From positions 1 to 56,940 of IMG/VR virus record IMGVR_UViG_3300048590_001377: a stretch of DNA of 56,940 bases; one strand, given 5' to 3'. This DNA is from a virus (lineage: Duplodnaviria > Caudoviricetes). Positions 36,943 to 45,877 of the stretch are shown here, piece after piece; positions within the stretch are counted from its first letter, which is position 1, and every line of letters starts with the position of its first letter. Made by a program: the position numbers and the translations under genes. The notes beneath the pieces were generated by a model that saw only the letters and a list, made by a program, of their open reading frames with translations, was not told the origin of the DNA and did no database searches.

Positions 36943-38055
36943 TCAGGCGACCTCGGGCGAATACACGTCCGCCGCGATCGAACCGTAACGCTTGCCGCCG
37001 AACGTCGTCGCCGCAAGGCCCGTGATGCAGTCCGTGGTGATGACGATCTCGTTGCCGCGATCGTCCTCTTCTTCCTGCCAACCCATACGCAGGCCGCCAC
37101 CACCTGAGCCATAGGCCTGCACCAGCGCCTGCATGCCAATGAACAGGTTGCGGGACGCTTCAAGGTTGAGACCAACACCGTAATCGTTGAAGCGGATGAT
37201 GCCGTCGTGTTCGTGCAACACCACGTTGTTGTACAACCCAAGACCGCCCTTGAAGATCGGCGACTGCTTGCCGATGGCCGTTGCCAGCGCCTTCTGCAAG
37301 TCCTGCCAACTGCCCACCGTTGTGACCGTACGCAGGCGGTATTCGTCCTGTGGCGACATGATGTACAGGTAGTGGTTCTCGCCCTCGATCATGATCGGGC
37401 GAATCTTCTGCACGTCGTTGACGCCCGCGCCACCCATCGTCTTGGCCTTCACCACCAGACGATCGATCAGGTTCAACGAAATCCCGTCCGTGTTCGCCAG
37501 GTTGTTCTTTGCCGTGGCCGAGCCGCCATACACCTGATGATCGGCGTCAGGCGTGTGCAGGCCGGTGGCGTCGGGGATACCCGTGAAGCTCGTGTCCTCG
37601 ATGAAATCGGCGTTGATGCCGCGTGCGCCTGCCAGATAGATGCTGGTCGTCTCATCGTTCCATCTCTGCCACCAGTCCGCCATCAGCTTGCGCGCAACCA
37701 GACGCAGGTCGTGCAGCACGCGCTTGCGCGTCATGCGGCCACCCGCCGAAACACTGGCGCGCACCTGGTTGATGCGCACCGAGCCGGTGAGCTTGCGCAG
37801 CGCCTCCTGCTTGCCCTTGATGCGGTCATCGCCGTAGGTCGGCTTGCCGCGAAGCTGCGCGAACAGGTCGAAGCTGATTTCGTCGCCCGCGTCGCTTTCC
37901 AGTTCCGTCAGAATCTGGATCGGTACTTCCGCGTCGCGGCCCTTCTTTGCAAACCGATTGTCCCAATAGGACTTGCGGGCCTTGTCCGCGAATAGCGTCG
38001 CGGAAAACCGCTTGACGGCGCTGGGATCACCCACGCCAAAGACAGTACGTGCCAT
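36943..38055 (-). CDS. Major capsid protein, N4-gp56/DUF4043-like, 370 aa
   Basis: ELESDAGDEISFDL, SAGGRMTRKR, PIFKGGLG, WQEEEDDRGN; follows portal and scaffold. Confidence 0.88.
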   Translation of the reverse strand: MARTVFGVGDPSAVKRFSATLFADKARKSYWDNRFAKKGRDAEVPIQILTELESDAGDEISFDLFAQLRGKPTYGDDRIKGKQEALRKLTGSVRINQVRASVSAGGRMTRKRVLHDLRLVARKLMADWWQRWNDETTSIYLAGARGINADFIEDTSFTGIPDATGLHTPDADHQVYGGSATAKNNLANTDGISLNLIDRLVVKAKTMGGAGVNDVQKIRPIMIEGENHYLYIMSPQDEYRLRTVTTVGSWQDLQKALATAIGKQSPIFKGGLGLYNNVVLHEHDGIIRFNDYGVGLNLEASRNLFIGMQALVQAYGSGGGGLRMGWQEEEDDRGNEIVITTDCITGLAATTFGGKRYGSIAADVYSPEVA

Positions 38056-38075
38056 GTTTCACCTCGTGGTGTTGT

Positions 38076-38102
38076 AGGCACTCCTGACCTTGGGTTCAAT
38101 TG
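38076..38102 (-). promoter_or_regulatory. Late-gene leader motif, copy 4 (capsid variant AGGUC-AGGA-GUGCCU preceded by CAATTGAACCCA)
   Basis: Aligns with the 26835-26862 leader; the GUGCC ends 21 nt before the capsid ATG. Confidence 0.65.
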
Positions 38103-38144
38103 TTCCCCGGAATGGGGACAGCCAGTCTTGGGCTGAAAGGAAAG

Positions 38145-38348
38145 CTATTCGGGCCGCTTGATGCCGGCTGCCGGAACCGGCCCAATCTTGCGCTCGAATC
38201 TCGGTGCGGTGGCCGCTTCACGCGTGACGCGGTATTCGCTCTCGATCATGACGCGCGTCGCACGTCCTGATTTTTCCACAACGCGCACCACGGTGCCACT
38301 CCCGATGCGTACCACGTCGCCTGGAACGAGATCGAGACGAAGGGCCAT
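38145..38348 (-). CDS. Small CsrA/RsmA-fold-like protein (paralog A), 67 aa
   Basis: MALRLDLVPGDVVRIGSGTVVRVVEKSGRATRVMIES shows the CsrA five-strand pattern and resembles 34987-35205 (DxxPGD, K[ST]G..xR). Confidence 0.6.
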   Translation of the reverse strand: MALRLDLVPGDVVRIGSGTVVRVVEKSGRATRVMIESEYRVTREAATAPRFERKIGPVPAAGIKRPE

Positions 38349-38351
38349 CGG

Positions 38352-39278
38352 TTACGCCGCACGCGGGTTATCTCGCAGCCCGCCCGGCGCGTCCGCAAGA
38401 TATTCGTCCAGCTCGGATTCGGACATGCGCGCAATCCGATCTTCGAGCGAGTCGATGTCCAGATCGTCCAGCGATTGGAACTTTTCGGCGCGAACCATCG
38501 ATGCCGAACCGGCCTGCGGCGCTCGGGAAAGATCGGGCGGTACATTCTGCGCAGCGGCGCGTCGTTCTGCGACCGCTTTATCGATCGCGGCCTTCGCACC
38601 CTGCGCAGCGTCCTGCGCCACGCCGAACTTCGCCTGCGTGCGCGCCAGCGCCTCAGCGAGCATCGTGTCGTAGCTCGCACCCGGTGATTCCTTCCAGATC
38701 GCGCTCAAGTTCATATTGAACACAGCGGTATGCGCCGGATCAGCCAGAAACTTTTCGTTCGCTGGATTGCCCAGGAACGAATTGAGGCTGCGATCCCACG
38801 ATGCCGTTTGGTCGGCCTGCCGCTGCTGCTGGAACCGCGCCTCGACCCGCTGTTCGGCTTTCCACTCAGCCCGCTGCTCAAGCAAGGCCTCGCGTGCGTC
38901 TTCGTACTCGTCATCGTCCATCTCGCCGTCGCTGTGCTTGGCCCTGAGTTCTGCGCGCAGTGCGTCCCAGTCTGGCTCCTTCGCCGGCTCGGGCTTCGGC
39001 GCTCCTTGCTGCTGTTCTGGCAGCACCTTGCTCGCCACCGCCGCCAGCACGTCCGCTGTGCGCGCCTGCTGCTGCGCCAGCGTTTGCAGCGCCTCGGCGG
39101 TCGCGTCGTGCTTTTCTGGTTCCGATTGTGGTTCCAGCTCTGCCTTGGCAGGCTGCTTCTGCTCCGTGTTCTTGGCTGCCTCCGCCGCCTCGGCATCCAG
39201 TTCTGCGCGCTCGGCAGCCGTCAGGCCGTCCGCATCCGCGCTGTCGATGTTCAAATCCGCTTCATTACCGTGAATCAT
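38352..39278 (-). CDS. Putative capsid scaffolding protein, 308 aa
   Basis: Acidic helical protein between portal and capsid; GGAGG RBS. Confidence 0.75.
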   Translation of the reverse strand: MIHGNEADLNIDSADADGLTAAERAELDAEAAEAAKNTEQKQPAKAELEPQSEPEKHDATAEALQTLAQQQARTADVLAAVASKVLPEQQQGAPKPEPAKEPDWDALRAELRAKHSDGEMDDDEYEDAREALLEQRAEWKAEQRVEARFQQQRQADQTASWDRSLNSFLGNPANEKFLADPAHTAVFNMNLSAIWKESPGASYDTMLAEALARTQAKFGVAQDAAQGAKAAIDKAVAERRAAAQNVPPDLSRAPQAGSASMVRAEKFQSLDDLDIDSLEDRIARMSESELDEYLADAPGGLRDNPRAA

Positions 39279-41443
39279 TGTGCAACCTCCATGCCTGCGC
39301 CAAATCCGTCGCCCAACGGCGGCGGGTACTCGGCCAGCCGATCAGCGGCTGGCGCTCGATGAATCCCTTGTTCCAGCCCCGCGACCACGTTCAGGGCTTC
39401 GCCCTTCGTCTGGACTCGGATGCGGTTCGCTTCCTCTTTCAGCTTGTCGGCCTGTGCGGATTCCTTCTTGATCCTCACCTGCGCGGCCTGTTGCTCCAAG
39501 GCCTGCGCGGCCTGTTGGGCTTGTTGCTGCGCCTGTTGCTGCGCTGGGTCGGCCGGTTGGCCCACACCCGTGATGGACCGAATGCGTTGCGTGATCTCCT
39601 GCCGGTTCGGCAGGTCGGTCAGGTCAACAGCCAGATCGAGCAATTGTATCCCCAGCTCTGGCGGCATCTTGGAAATGCTCTCCATCAGCATTTCCGCCAT
39701 CGCCATGCGCGTGGTTTCGCGGTAGTCCTGCTGGTCCACGACAAAATCCGCCTTGCTCTGCTGGATGTCGTTCTCGAACACAACGCGCCCACTGATCGGG
39801 TCGAACACAGGCTGGTTGATGCCGATGAACTCCGCGCCTTGCTGCCCCAGCACACGCACAAACATCGGGAACCCAATGTATTGCTCGGCCAGCGACAGTG
39901 TTTTCTCACCGCTCGTCTGGATCGCACGCCGGTAGTTGTCGAACAATTCGGCGGTTGTGACCGCACCTTGTTGCTGCTTGGCCAGAATCGCACGCCCACT
40001 CTGCGAACTGCTGTCCAGCCCAAGGTTTTCACGGGTCACGCCAGACGCCTGAAAGATGTGCCGCTCCGACTGTTCCATGAGCCGAATGTGTCCCTCGGCC
40101 ACCTGCAACCCGGATTCGATCTTGACTGCACCCTTCGCCATCGCGCCTGCAGCCAGCTTGATCTGGCCGTTCGGCTTCGCTACTTCGTCAAGGAAATCTT
40201 CTTCATCCACGCCATTGGCGATAGCGTCCTCTTCGTACAGGACGCGGTTTACGCTCGCCGCGAACAACGCCTTGGAGCGACGCTTGTTGTATTCATCCTG
40301 CGGGTCGCGGATACCGCGAATCACCCCATACGGCAGCCCGTCGCGGTCGCGTCGGTAACACCAAACCGGCGTCAAACTGAACTTGTCGTGTCGATATGGC
40401 CTTTGTTCGTGCAGGCACATGATCTTTGTGCCTGGCACCCAGATCGCCACCCACATGCGTTCCACGGGTCGATCATCAACCGTGATGATCTTCCGGTTCT
40501 GCAAGTCGGCCAGTTCGCCGTCCGTGTCGTCCCACGAAATACCCGAAAGCTCTGCGTAGTCCGAAGTCAGTGCACGTACACGCTTTTCAGTCACCACGCG
40601 CCGATACTCGGTCTCGACCAAATGCACACGCGCCCGCTGCCGCCCGCCGCGCCGGTTCGATGCCGAATAGACGCCACCGGTCGTCGATTGTCGCCCGTGG
40701 AACAGACTAGGAACCGTCCAATCATCCTGCAAATACTCGTAGCCACTATCGATGCAATGCGAACTAGCCTCGCGCAACGAACTCGCCAAACGCGGGAACA
40801 TGCCGATGGCGTAGTCCAAATCAACGAACCGGTCGATGTTCATGCTCCGGCAGTCGCGCAGATCATCCGCCCGGCTGAACTCGTCCCATCGCACGCATTT
40901 CCAATCCACGCGCTGCACCGTAACCGGCACGTCGTCATGATCCATCTGCGCGAACTCACGCATCCAACCAACACCGCACTTCACCGCATCCTTGAACGCC
41001 TGACTGCGCTCCCAGCTAATTTGGCCGGCATCCGTGATGTACTTGAGCAACTGCGTCTTGACGTTCGCCGCGTCCGTATCCTCCGGGCCACGCGGAAACA
41101 CCTTCCAATCGACGCGAGTCCGGCGTTCCGTTCCTGCGATCCAGTCGATGACAGCGTGCGTCATGTCAAATTGCAGCGGTGCCTGATTCCGGGCCTCAAG
41201 AACCCGGCGCGTGCGCTCGTCCAGTTGCTCGTGGTCGTAGTAGTTGCAGTCCAGCAACTGTTCGCGGCGGTTTTCGGCATGCGCGTCCACTTGGTCCTGA
41301 TACCAGCCTTCCAGCGTCGCCAGTGCTTCCTCTTCTTCGTGCCTGGCCGACTTCGTGCGCCCCCCCGGCTTTTTCGTCGGCCCACTGAAATCCAGTGGTC
41401 TCGGATCACGGCGGATCGGTGAGAACTCCAGATCGAAGGCCAT
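39275..41443 (-). CDS. Portal protein (P22/N4-like), 722 aa
   Basis: YYDHEQ, PYGVIRGIRDPQDEYNKRRSK, SGRAILAKQQQG; Gln-rich barrel-type C-terminus. Confidence 0.88.
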   Translation of the reverse strand: MAFDLEFSPIRRDPRPLDFSGPTKKPGGRTKSARHEEEEALATLEGWYQDQVDAHAENRREQLLDCNYYDHEQLDERTRRVLEARNQAPLQFDMTHAVIDWIAGTERRTRVDWKVFPRGPEDTDAANVKTQLLKYITDAGQISWERSQAFKDAVKCGVGWMREFAQMDHDDVPVTVQRVDWKCVRWDEFSRADDLRDCRSMNIDRFVDLDYAIGMFPRLASSLREASSHCIDSGYEYLQDDWTVPSLFHGRQSTTGGVYSASNRRGGRQRARVHLVETEYRRVVTEKRVRALTSDYAELSGISWDDTDGELADLQNRKIITVDDRPVERMWVAIWVPGTKIMCLHEQRPYRHDKFSLTPVWCYRRDRDGLPYGVIRGIRDPQDEYNKRRSKALFAASVNRVLYEEDAIANGVDEEDFLDEVAKPNGQIKLAAGAMAKGAVKIESGLQVAEGHIRLMEQSERHIFQASGVTRENLGLDSSSQSGRAILAKQQQGAVTTAELFDNYRRAIQTSGEKTLSLAEQYIGFPMFVRVLGQQGAEFIGINQPVFDPISGRVVFENDIQQSKADFVVDQQDYRETTRMAMAEMLMESISKMPPELGIQLLDLAVDLTDLPNRQEITQRIRSITGVGQPADPAQQQAQQQAQQAAQALEQQAAQVRIKKESAQADKLKEEANRIRVQTKGEALNVVAGLEQGIHRAPAADRLAEYPPPLGDGFGAGMEVAQ

Positions 41444-41925
41444 CAGTTCACCTCCTGCCCTTTGTGGCGTACCGTGAAACCATCCTGCGCCAGCGCCTCA
41501 AGCCATTGTTGCGTGCCCAGTCGTTGTGCCGGCTTGGCCTTCTGCAAGTCCTCTGCGAACTCGAACAGCACGTCGGCAACACGGAACAGGTCTTCGCGTG
41601 TCACAAAGCTGTAGAGCTTTTTCGCGAGCTTCGGCGCAACGTCGGCCATCACTTCAGGCACGATCACCTGATACAACTGCGACAACAGGATGAATGCGTG
41701 CCGATGTGTCGGGTCGCGTTTGTTGGCGATAACCATGGCTGGCTCTTCCTTTCCTGATACCGGGTTCTTGCCCTGCGTCACAATGACGACCAGATCGCCC
41801 TTGCGGCCTACGATCTGGTAGCGCGACAGGCCGATTGCGGTCGCCTCGACGCTCGGCAGAATCTCCGCCTGCAGCGTGTCGGTCTTCGTCGGCTCGATGA
41901 CCTCAAACTTTGGTGCTGTGCTCAT
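41443..41925 (-). CDS. Hypothetical protein, 160 aa
   Basis: Start re-called to MSTAPKF (GGAGG RBS, ATGA overlap with terL). Confidence 0.7.
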   Translation of the reverse strand: MSTAPKFEVIEPTKTDTLQAEILPSVEATAIGLSRYQIVGRKGDLVVIVTQGKNPVSGKEEPAMVIANKRDPTHRHAFILLSQLYQVIVPEVMADVAPKLAKKLYSFVTREDLFRVADVLFEFAEDLQKAKPAQRLGTQQWLEALAQDGFTVRHKGQEVN

Positions 41926-43322
41926 GCTGTCCTCCATCCATCTCCACTGCTGGCGCGTCGTCGCGCCGAACTGCGCGCCTCGACCGGCGCGACAAACCCT
42001 TGGCCCCACTGCCGGAACGCATCCGCATAATTCGAGTAGCGGTCGTGCACCGCTTCGTCGCGAAAAACCTCGCTTCGCTCGTCCCACTTCTTTCGATACG
42101 CATCAAGCGCGGCCACCAACCCAATGCACTCGTCCGCGTCAATCCACGCCGCCGACATGGCCGCACGGGTCTGATTGACGCCTACAGCCACATGCTCGAC
42201 ACGCGGCACCACCACAAACCGGTGCCCCGGCAACAGCGCCCGAAGCAGATCCAGGGCTGACTTACCCGTCTGCAAACTCTTGTTCTCGGCGTCATGTGGC
42301 AGGTAGTGCGTGCCGTACACATAGCCGCGTTCGGCGCTTAACCTCGACAGGTACGCCGCGTAATGCTCCAGCGACTCACCACTGTTTTCATAGCCGTGGA
42401 TGAACCGATCCGCCAACGCCGCACGCTGGTGGAACACCAACGCCGTGGTGTCGTTCCAGCCCAAATCCCAAAACGTATTGACCGGCTGGCCAGACAGGTG
42501 CGGCACGTTCGTGATCCGCCCCTGTTGCCGCAGGCGCGCCATCTCGTTCGCGTACCACGCACCACGCACCTTGTTGCCCGTCCAGCGGCCAAGCAACAAC
42601 GAATCACGAACATCGGGTGGCAGCTCCGAAAACTGCTCTCGGTAGCCCGTGCCAAACAGGTGCGGGTTGTCGCTCAGTCGCGCCGGGATGAACCGGCGAC
42701 GCACAGCGCGCTTGACCAACACCTGCCGCCCAGCGTCGTCCAAATCCTCAAAATCGCGCTCGAACTCCTGCAGCGTCGGCGATCCATCCTCACCAATGCC
42801 CCACCGCTGCATCACCCACAACTGCCCCGGCCCATCCGGGTTCGTCGTGGCGCGGATGTACCGTGGCAGCGTGCGATCCGTGCTCCGGCAGCGCGTCATC
42901 AGGTACAGGTACGGCACCTCGGACGGCCAGAGCGTCAGTTCTTCCCATCCGATGTAGTTCCAGGCTCGACCGCGATACTTGAACCGGTCTGACTCGTTCT
43001 CCAAGTACGCCAGTTCGAGCTTCGCGCCCTGCGGCGTCGTGAACACGTGATCGGTCTTGTGGTACGTGATGTCGGGAATGAACTTCGGGAACAGCTCATT
43101 TCCTCGATCGATCAAGTCACGCAGGTCCGGGAACGACTTTCGGAAAATCACGGCGCGGTGGTTTGGATTCGATGCCCCCCCGTGCTGTAAACACCACGCA
43201 TCGATCAGCATCGCATCGGACTTGCCGCCACCCGCTGCACCGCCGTACAGAACTTCCCAATCGTTGCACGCAAGGAACTCAGTCTGTTTTTCAGACGGCT
43301 CCCACACGACCTGTTGATCCAT
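41922..43322 (-). CDS. terL: Terminase large subunit
   Basis: Walker A YGGAAGGGKS, Walker B IGWEE, ATTNP coupling motif, nuclease WDLG..D and HD..S.YADAFR. Confidence 0.93.
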   Translation of the reverse strand: MDQQVVWEPSEKQTEFLACNDWEVLYGGAAGGGKSDAMLIDAWCLQHGGASNPNHRAVIFRKSFPDLRDLIDRGNELFPKFIPDITYHKTDHVFTTPQGAKLELAYLENESDRFKYRGRAWNYIGWEELTLWPSEVPYLYLMTRCRSTDRTLPRYIRATTNPDGPGQLWVMQRWGIGEDGSPTLQEFERDFEDLDDAGRQVLVKRAVRRRFIPARLSDNPHLFGTGYREQFSELPPDVRDSLLLGRWTGNKVRGAWYANEMARLRQQGRITNVPHLSGQPVNTFWDLGWNDTTALVFHQRAALADRFIHGYENSGESLEHYAAYLSRLSAERGYVYGTHYLPHDAENKSLQTGKSALDLLRALLPGHRFVVVPRVEHVAVGVNQTRAAMSAAWIDADECIGLVAALDAYRKKWDERSEVFRDEAVHDRYSNYADAFRQWGQGFVAPVEARSSARRRASSGDGWRTA

Positions 43323-43891
43323 TACATCTGCTTCGGTGGAATCATCACCACGCCGACGCGCCCGGCGGCGCCGTCAGCGCCATTCAAACCCGGCTGCTCC
43401 TTTGCATCCAGCGACCACGCCTTTCGCTCCGCCGCCTGCTTGATGGAAGTCACCTCGGCCATGATCTTCGCCAGCTTGGCCTTGTTGAACGCCTTGTCTG
43501 TTCCACTCACCACTCGTCCATCGGGAAACACCTCCGTTTCCTGTGTTCTGGCTTTCATCGCTTCCGTGCGCAGGGTGGAAACTTCGTCCCATTCTGCTTG
43601 ATGTTTCAGCACGATTGCAGCGCGACGATCTGCTGCTGCATCAATGGCTTCCGCTCTTTTAGCTTGGTTTCCAGTGGAAACCACATTGGAAACCTTGGCG
43701 GAAACCTTGCGCCGGATTACCTCGTCCAAATCCTCCGGTTCCGGCCAGTCCTCAACCCGCTTCCGCTTGTTGATCGCCGTGTGTGAAATGCCGTGTCGAG
43801 TCGCAATCGAACGGATGGAATTGTCTGGACCGCCGATCCCGTACTCGGCGCGGATCATCTCCCAATCCGGTCTACCCTTCTTGTCGCTCAT
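43322..43891 (-). CDS. terS: Terminase small subunit, 189 aa
   Basis: PDWEMIRAEY..SIRSIATRHGISHTAINKR HTH; TAATG coupling to terL. Confidence 0.75.
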   Translation of the reverse strand: MSDKKGRPDWEMIRAEYGIGGPDNSIRSIATRHGISHTAINKRKRVEDWPEPEDLDEVIRRKVSAKVSNVVSTGNQAKRAEAIDAAADRRAAIVLKHQAEWDEVSTLRTEAMKARTQETEVFPDGRVVSGTDKAFNKAKLAKIMAEVTSIKQAAERKAWSLDAKEQPGLNGADGAAGRVGVVMIPPKQM

Positions 43892-44373
43892 CGATCGCCC
43901 CTCACTGCTCCGGCGTACCGCTGCCAGGCACGGATGCTGGCGTCGCACTCGGCTCCGACTCGAACAAGATCACCCGCACCCTTTGCTCGTAGTTTGGCGG
44001 CGTCATCAACGCGACTGGCGGCCTCGGCGGCTCGGGACAGATCGTTTGTGGCTTGGCATCCTTGCCAGTGCCTGCGCAAGCTGAGAGCGCCAGCACGCAG
44101 GTCGCGGACAACAACCGCATGTGCGGATTCTGCATTTGTCATTTCCTGAAAGTGTTTTGCCGCGATGTCGGCCATGGCCTCGCCCTGGGCGCGTTCAATC
44201 TCAAGCACACGCGATCGAGCGCGAGCCTCAACATCCAGCGCCGTGGCTACCATCTCGGCCCGCTCCAGCCGTGCGCGGTCGCGCTGCGCGACAAGCGCCA
44301 TGGCGTAAAACGCCCACAACACGTTGCTCACAATCAGCGCGGCCACGGCCACGAGTGCGATACGCGGGATCAT
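43888..44373 (-). CDS. Inner-membrane spanin (Rz-like)
   Basis: N-terminal transmembrane segment, coiled coil, conserved Cys; downstream of the endolysin. Confidence 0.8.
   Translation of the reverse strand: MIPRIALVAVAALIVSNVLWAFYAMALVAQRDRARLERAEMVATALDVEARARSRVLEIERAQGEAMADIAAKHFQEMTNAESAHAVVVRDLRAGALSLRRHWQGCQATNDLSRAAEAASRVDDAAKLRAKGAGDLVRVGAECDASIRAWQRYAGAVRGDR
43902..44120 (-). CDS. Outer-membrane spanin lipoprotein (Rz1-like), embedded in Rz
   Basis: MRLLSATCVLALSA-C lipobox; Pro-rich mature part; alternative frame within Rz. Confidence 0.75.
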   Translation of the reverse strand: MRLLSATCVLALSACAGTGKDAKPQTICPEPPRPPVALMTPPNYEQRVRVILFESEPSATPASVPGSGTPEQ

Positions 44374-44462
44374 CGGTCACGATCCTTGCGCGCAGATTCC
44401 GCCCCCGCCCACGCGGCAAAGGCGAAGATCGCAGCACCCAGCGTGGCCAGCACGCTCACCAT
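44370..44462 (-). CDS. Putative small membrane peptide, about 30 aa
   Basis: MVSVLATLGAAIFAFAAWAGAESARKDRDR; stop overlaps the Rz start. Confidence 0.35.
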   Translation of the reverse strand: MVSVLATLGAAIFAFAAWAGAESARKDRDR

Positions 44463-44572
44463 CGCGCCCACCATGCGATGATGCGTCGCCAGAACGTGCG
44501 CCGTAGCGCCGGCATGTCCTCGGTATTCGAGTCAGCCCGCTGCATGGCCCTGCTGTGGATCACACTGTTCAT
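44456..44572 (-). CDS. Putative small protein, 38 aa
   Basis: GAGG/GGA upstream; ATGA overlap with the upstream gene; Trp/Arg-rich C-terminus. Confidence 0.4.
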   Translation of the reverse strand: MNSVIHSRAMQRADSNTEDMPALRRTFWRRIIAWWARW

Positions 44573-44778
44573 GCGATTCCGCCTCGATAGTGTGTGCATC
44601 GGATCGCTTCGCCTGGGTGGCCATTGCCGCATGGCGGTAGCACTTCAATCGCACCGCCGCGAGCAATGAAGCTATCCACGGACTCATGTTTCACGTTCCG
44701 CACCGCTTCGGCGCGTGCTGCAGCCATCGCCTCCAGCCGGTTATTGGCGATGTCGATCGCCTTTTTTGTCACACTCAC
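44569..44778 (-). CDS. Hypothetical protein, 69 aa
   Basis: AAGGAG RBS; VDSFIARGGAIEVLP motif; coupled to the endolysin. Confidence 0.6.
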   Translation of the reverse strand: MSVTKKAIDIANNRLEAMAAARAEAVRNVKHESVDSFIARGGAIEVLPPCGNGHPGEAIRCTHYRGGIA

Positions 44779-45332
44779 GTCGTCTCCTTGTTTTCCACCG
44801 CATCCACCGCTTCAATGCAGGCGTCATGCCGCGCCAGTTGTCGCTCCCAACTCCCCCAACACCGCTTGTTCGGCTCGCCATTGATCCGCGTGGAACAGTC
44901 GTATCCAGCGGCAAACCGCCAGCGCAGCAAGGCATCGCACGCCTGCCGATACTCGCCCGCCAAAACATGCCGACGCATGCTGGATGTCTTCCAGTTCCCG
45001 ATGCCGTACTGCCCCACGAAATCCATGTAAGTGTCGTACTCACCCTGAGTCAGGTACGCGCCCGGCAAGGATCGCCGAAATGCAATCTCATCCTGAGTCA
45101 TCAGGTGCCACGCCAACTGTTCCGCCCGCTCCCGACTGATGGGTGGGTCCGTCATCCTGACCGGCGTCCCGTCCTCGTAGTGGGTTGATCCATGCCCGAT
45201 CGTCGGCACGTCGCCTTTCGTTGGGATCACTGGGTTTGCCGTGTACCCCTCTCGGGCCTTCCACATGCCGAACGCGCCCAGGCTGAACACCAGAACGCCC
45301 ACAGCCACACGATTCTTGATGTCACCGCTCAT
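44775..45332 (-). CDS. Endolysin, GH24 lysozyme with a SAR-like N-terminus, 185 aa
   Basis: Hydrophobic N-terminus, then EG...GDVPTIGHGST catalytic E/D/T pattern. Confidence 0.88.
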   Translation of the reverse strand: MSGDIKNRVAVGVLVFSLGAFGMWKAREGYTANPVIPTKGDVPTIGHGSTHYEDGTPVRMTDPPISRERAEQLAWHLMTQDEIAFRRSLPGAYLTQGEYDTYMDFVGQYGIGNWKTSSMRRHVLAGEYRQACDALLRWRFAAGYDCSTRINGEPNKRCWGSWERQLARHDACIEAVDAVENKETT

Positions 45333-45711
45333 GCCGGCTCGCCGCTCCATTGGCCTTGATCAGCTCAAGCAAAGTTCCGATATGCGCCTCCAGTGGCGCC
45401 ACCCCTGCCCGGACAATCTCACTCATGTCCTTTCGTGTGGGCAGGTTCTGCACGCGCTCATCCAGCATCGCAATCTCCTTGTCCTGCCGTGCGGTCTGCT
45501 CGAAGACTTGGCTGCGCATGATCGTCACGTCGTCAGACAGCCGCCGCGACTCTTTCTGAAAGTCGTAGATCGCCGCCCGCAATGCGTCGTCGCGTCGCTC
45601 CAACTGACGCGACAGCCACCGGTGCGCGCCCCAAATCTGGGCCGCCAGCGCCACCATGAAGCCAAGCAGCGTCAGCACGTCGGCAATTGAAACAACCTGT
45701 AACTCGGTCAT
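45322..45711 (-). CDS. Putative holin/lysis membrane protein, 129 aa
   Basis: Single N-terminal transmembrane segment plus coiled coil; directly upstream of the endolysin. Confidence 0.55.
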   Translation of the reverse strand: MTELQVVSIADVLTLLGFMVALAAQIWGAHRWLSRQLERRDDALRAAIYDFQKESRRLSDDVTIMRSQVFEQTARQDKEIAMLDERVQNLPTRKDMSEIVRAGVAPLEAHIGTLLELIKANGAASRHER

Positions 45712-45770
45712 GCGTCATCTATCCGTCGTCCCGTGGTAAAGGCCCGGCTTGCCCGATCCTTCCTGTCGAG

Positions 45771-45846
45771 TGGTAGCGGCGGCAGGAGTCGAACCCGCGA
45801 CATCCAGGGTATGAACCCGGCGCTCTTCCGCCTGAGCTACGCCGCA
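45771..45846 (-). tRNA. tRNA with anticodon CAU (Met; fMet-like or Ile2 identity unresolved)
   Basis: 76-nt cloverleaf: D stem GCTC/GAGC, anticodon loop TTCATAC, TTCGA T-loop, encoded CCA. Confidence 0.92.
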
Positions 45847-45877
45847 AAACAAGAACGCCCGGCGTTAGGCCGGGCGT
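45846..45877 (-). terminator. tR'-like intrinsic terminator at the head of the late operon
   Basis: acgcccggc/gccgggcgt stem followed by TCTTGTTTT; lies between the Q-like gene and the tRNA. Confidence 0.75.

Noticed and set aside
38960-41422. 820-aa plus-strand ORF (similarly 10095-12149, 12975-14666, 15462-17372, 567-1976)
   Set aside because: Antisense shadows of GC-rich minus-strand genes; no motifs or RBS.
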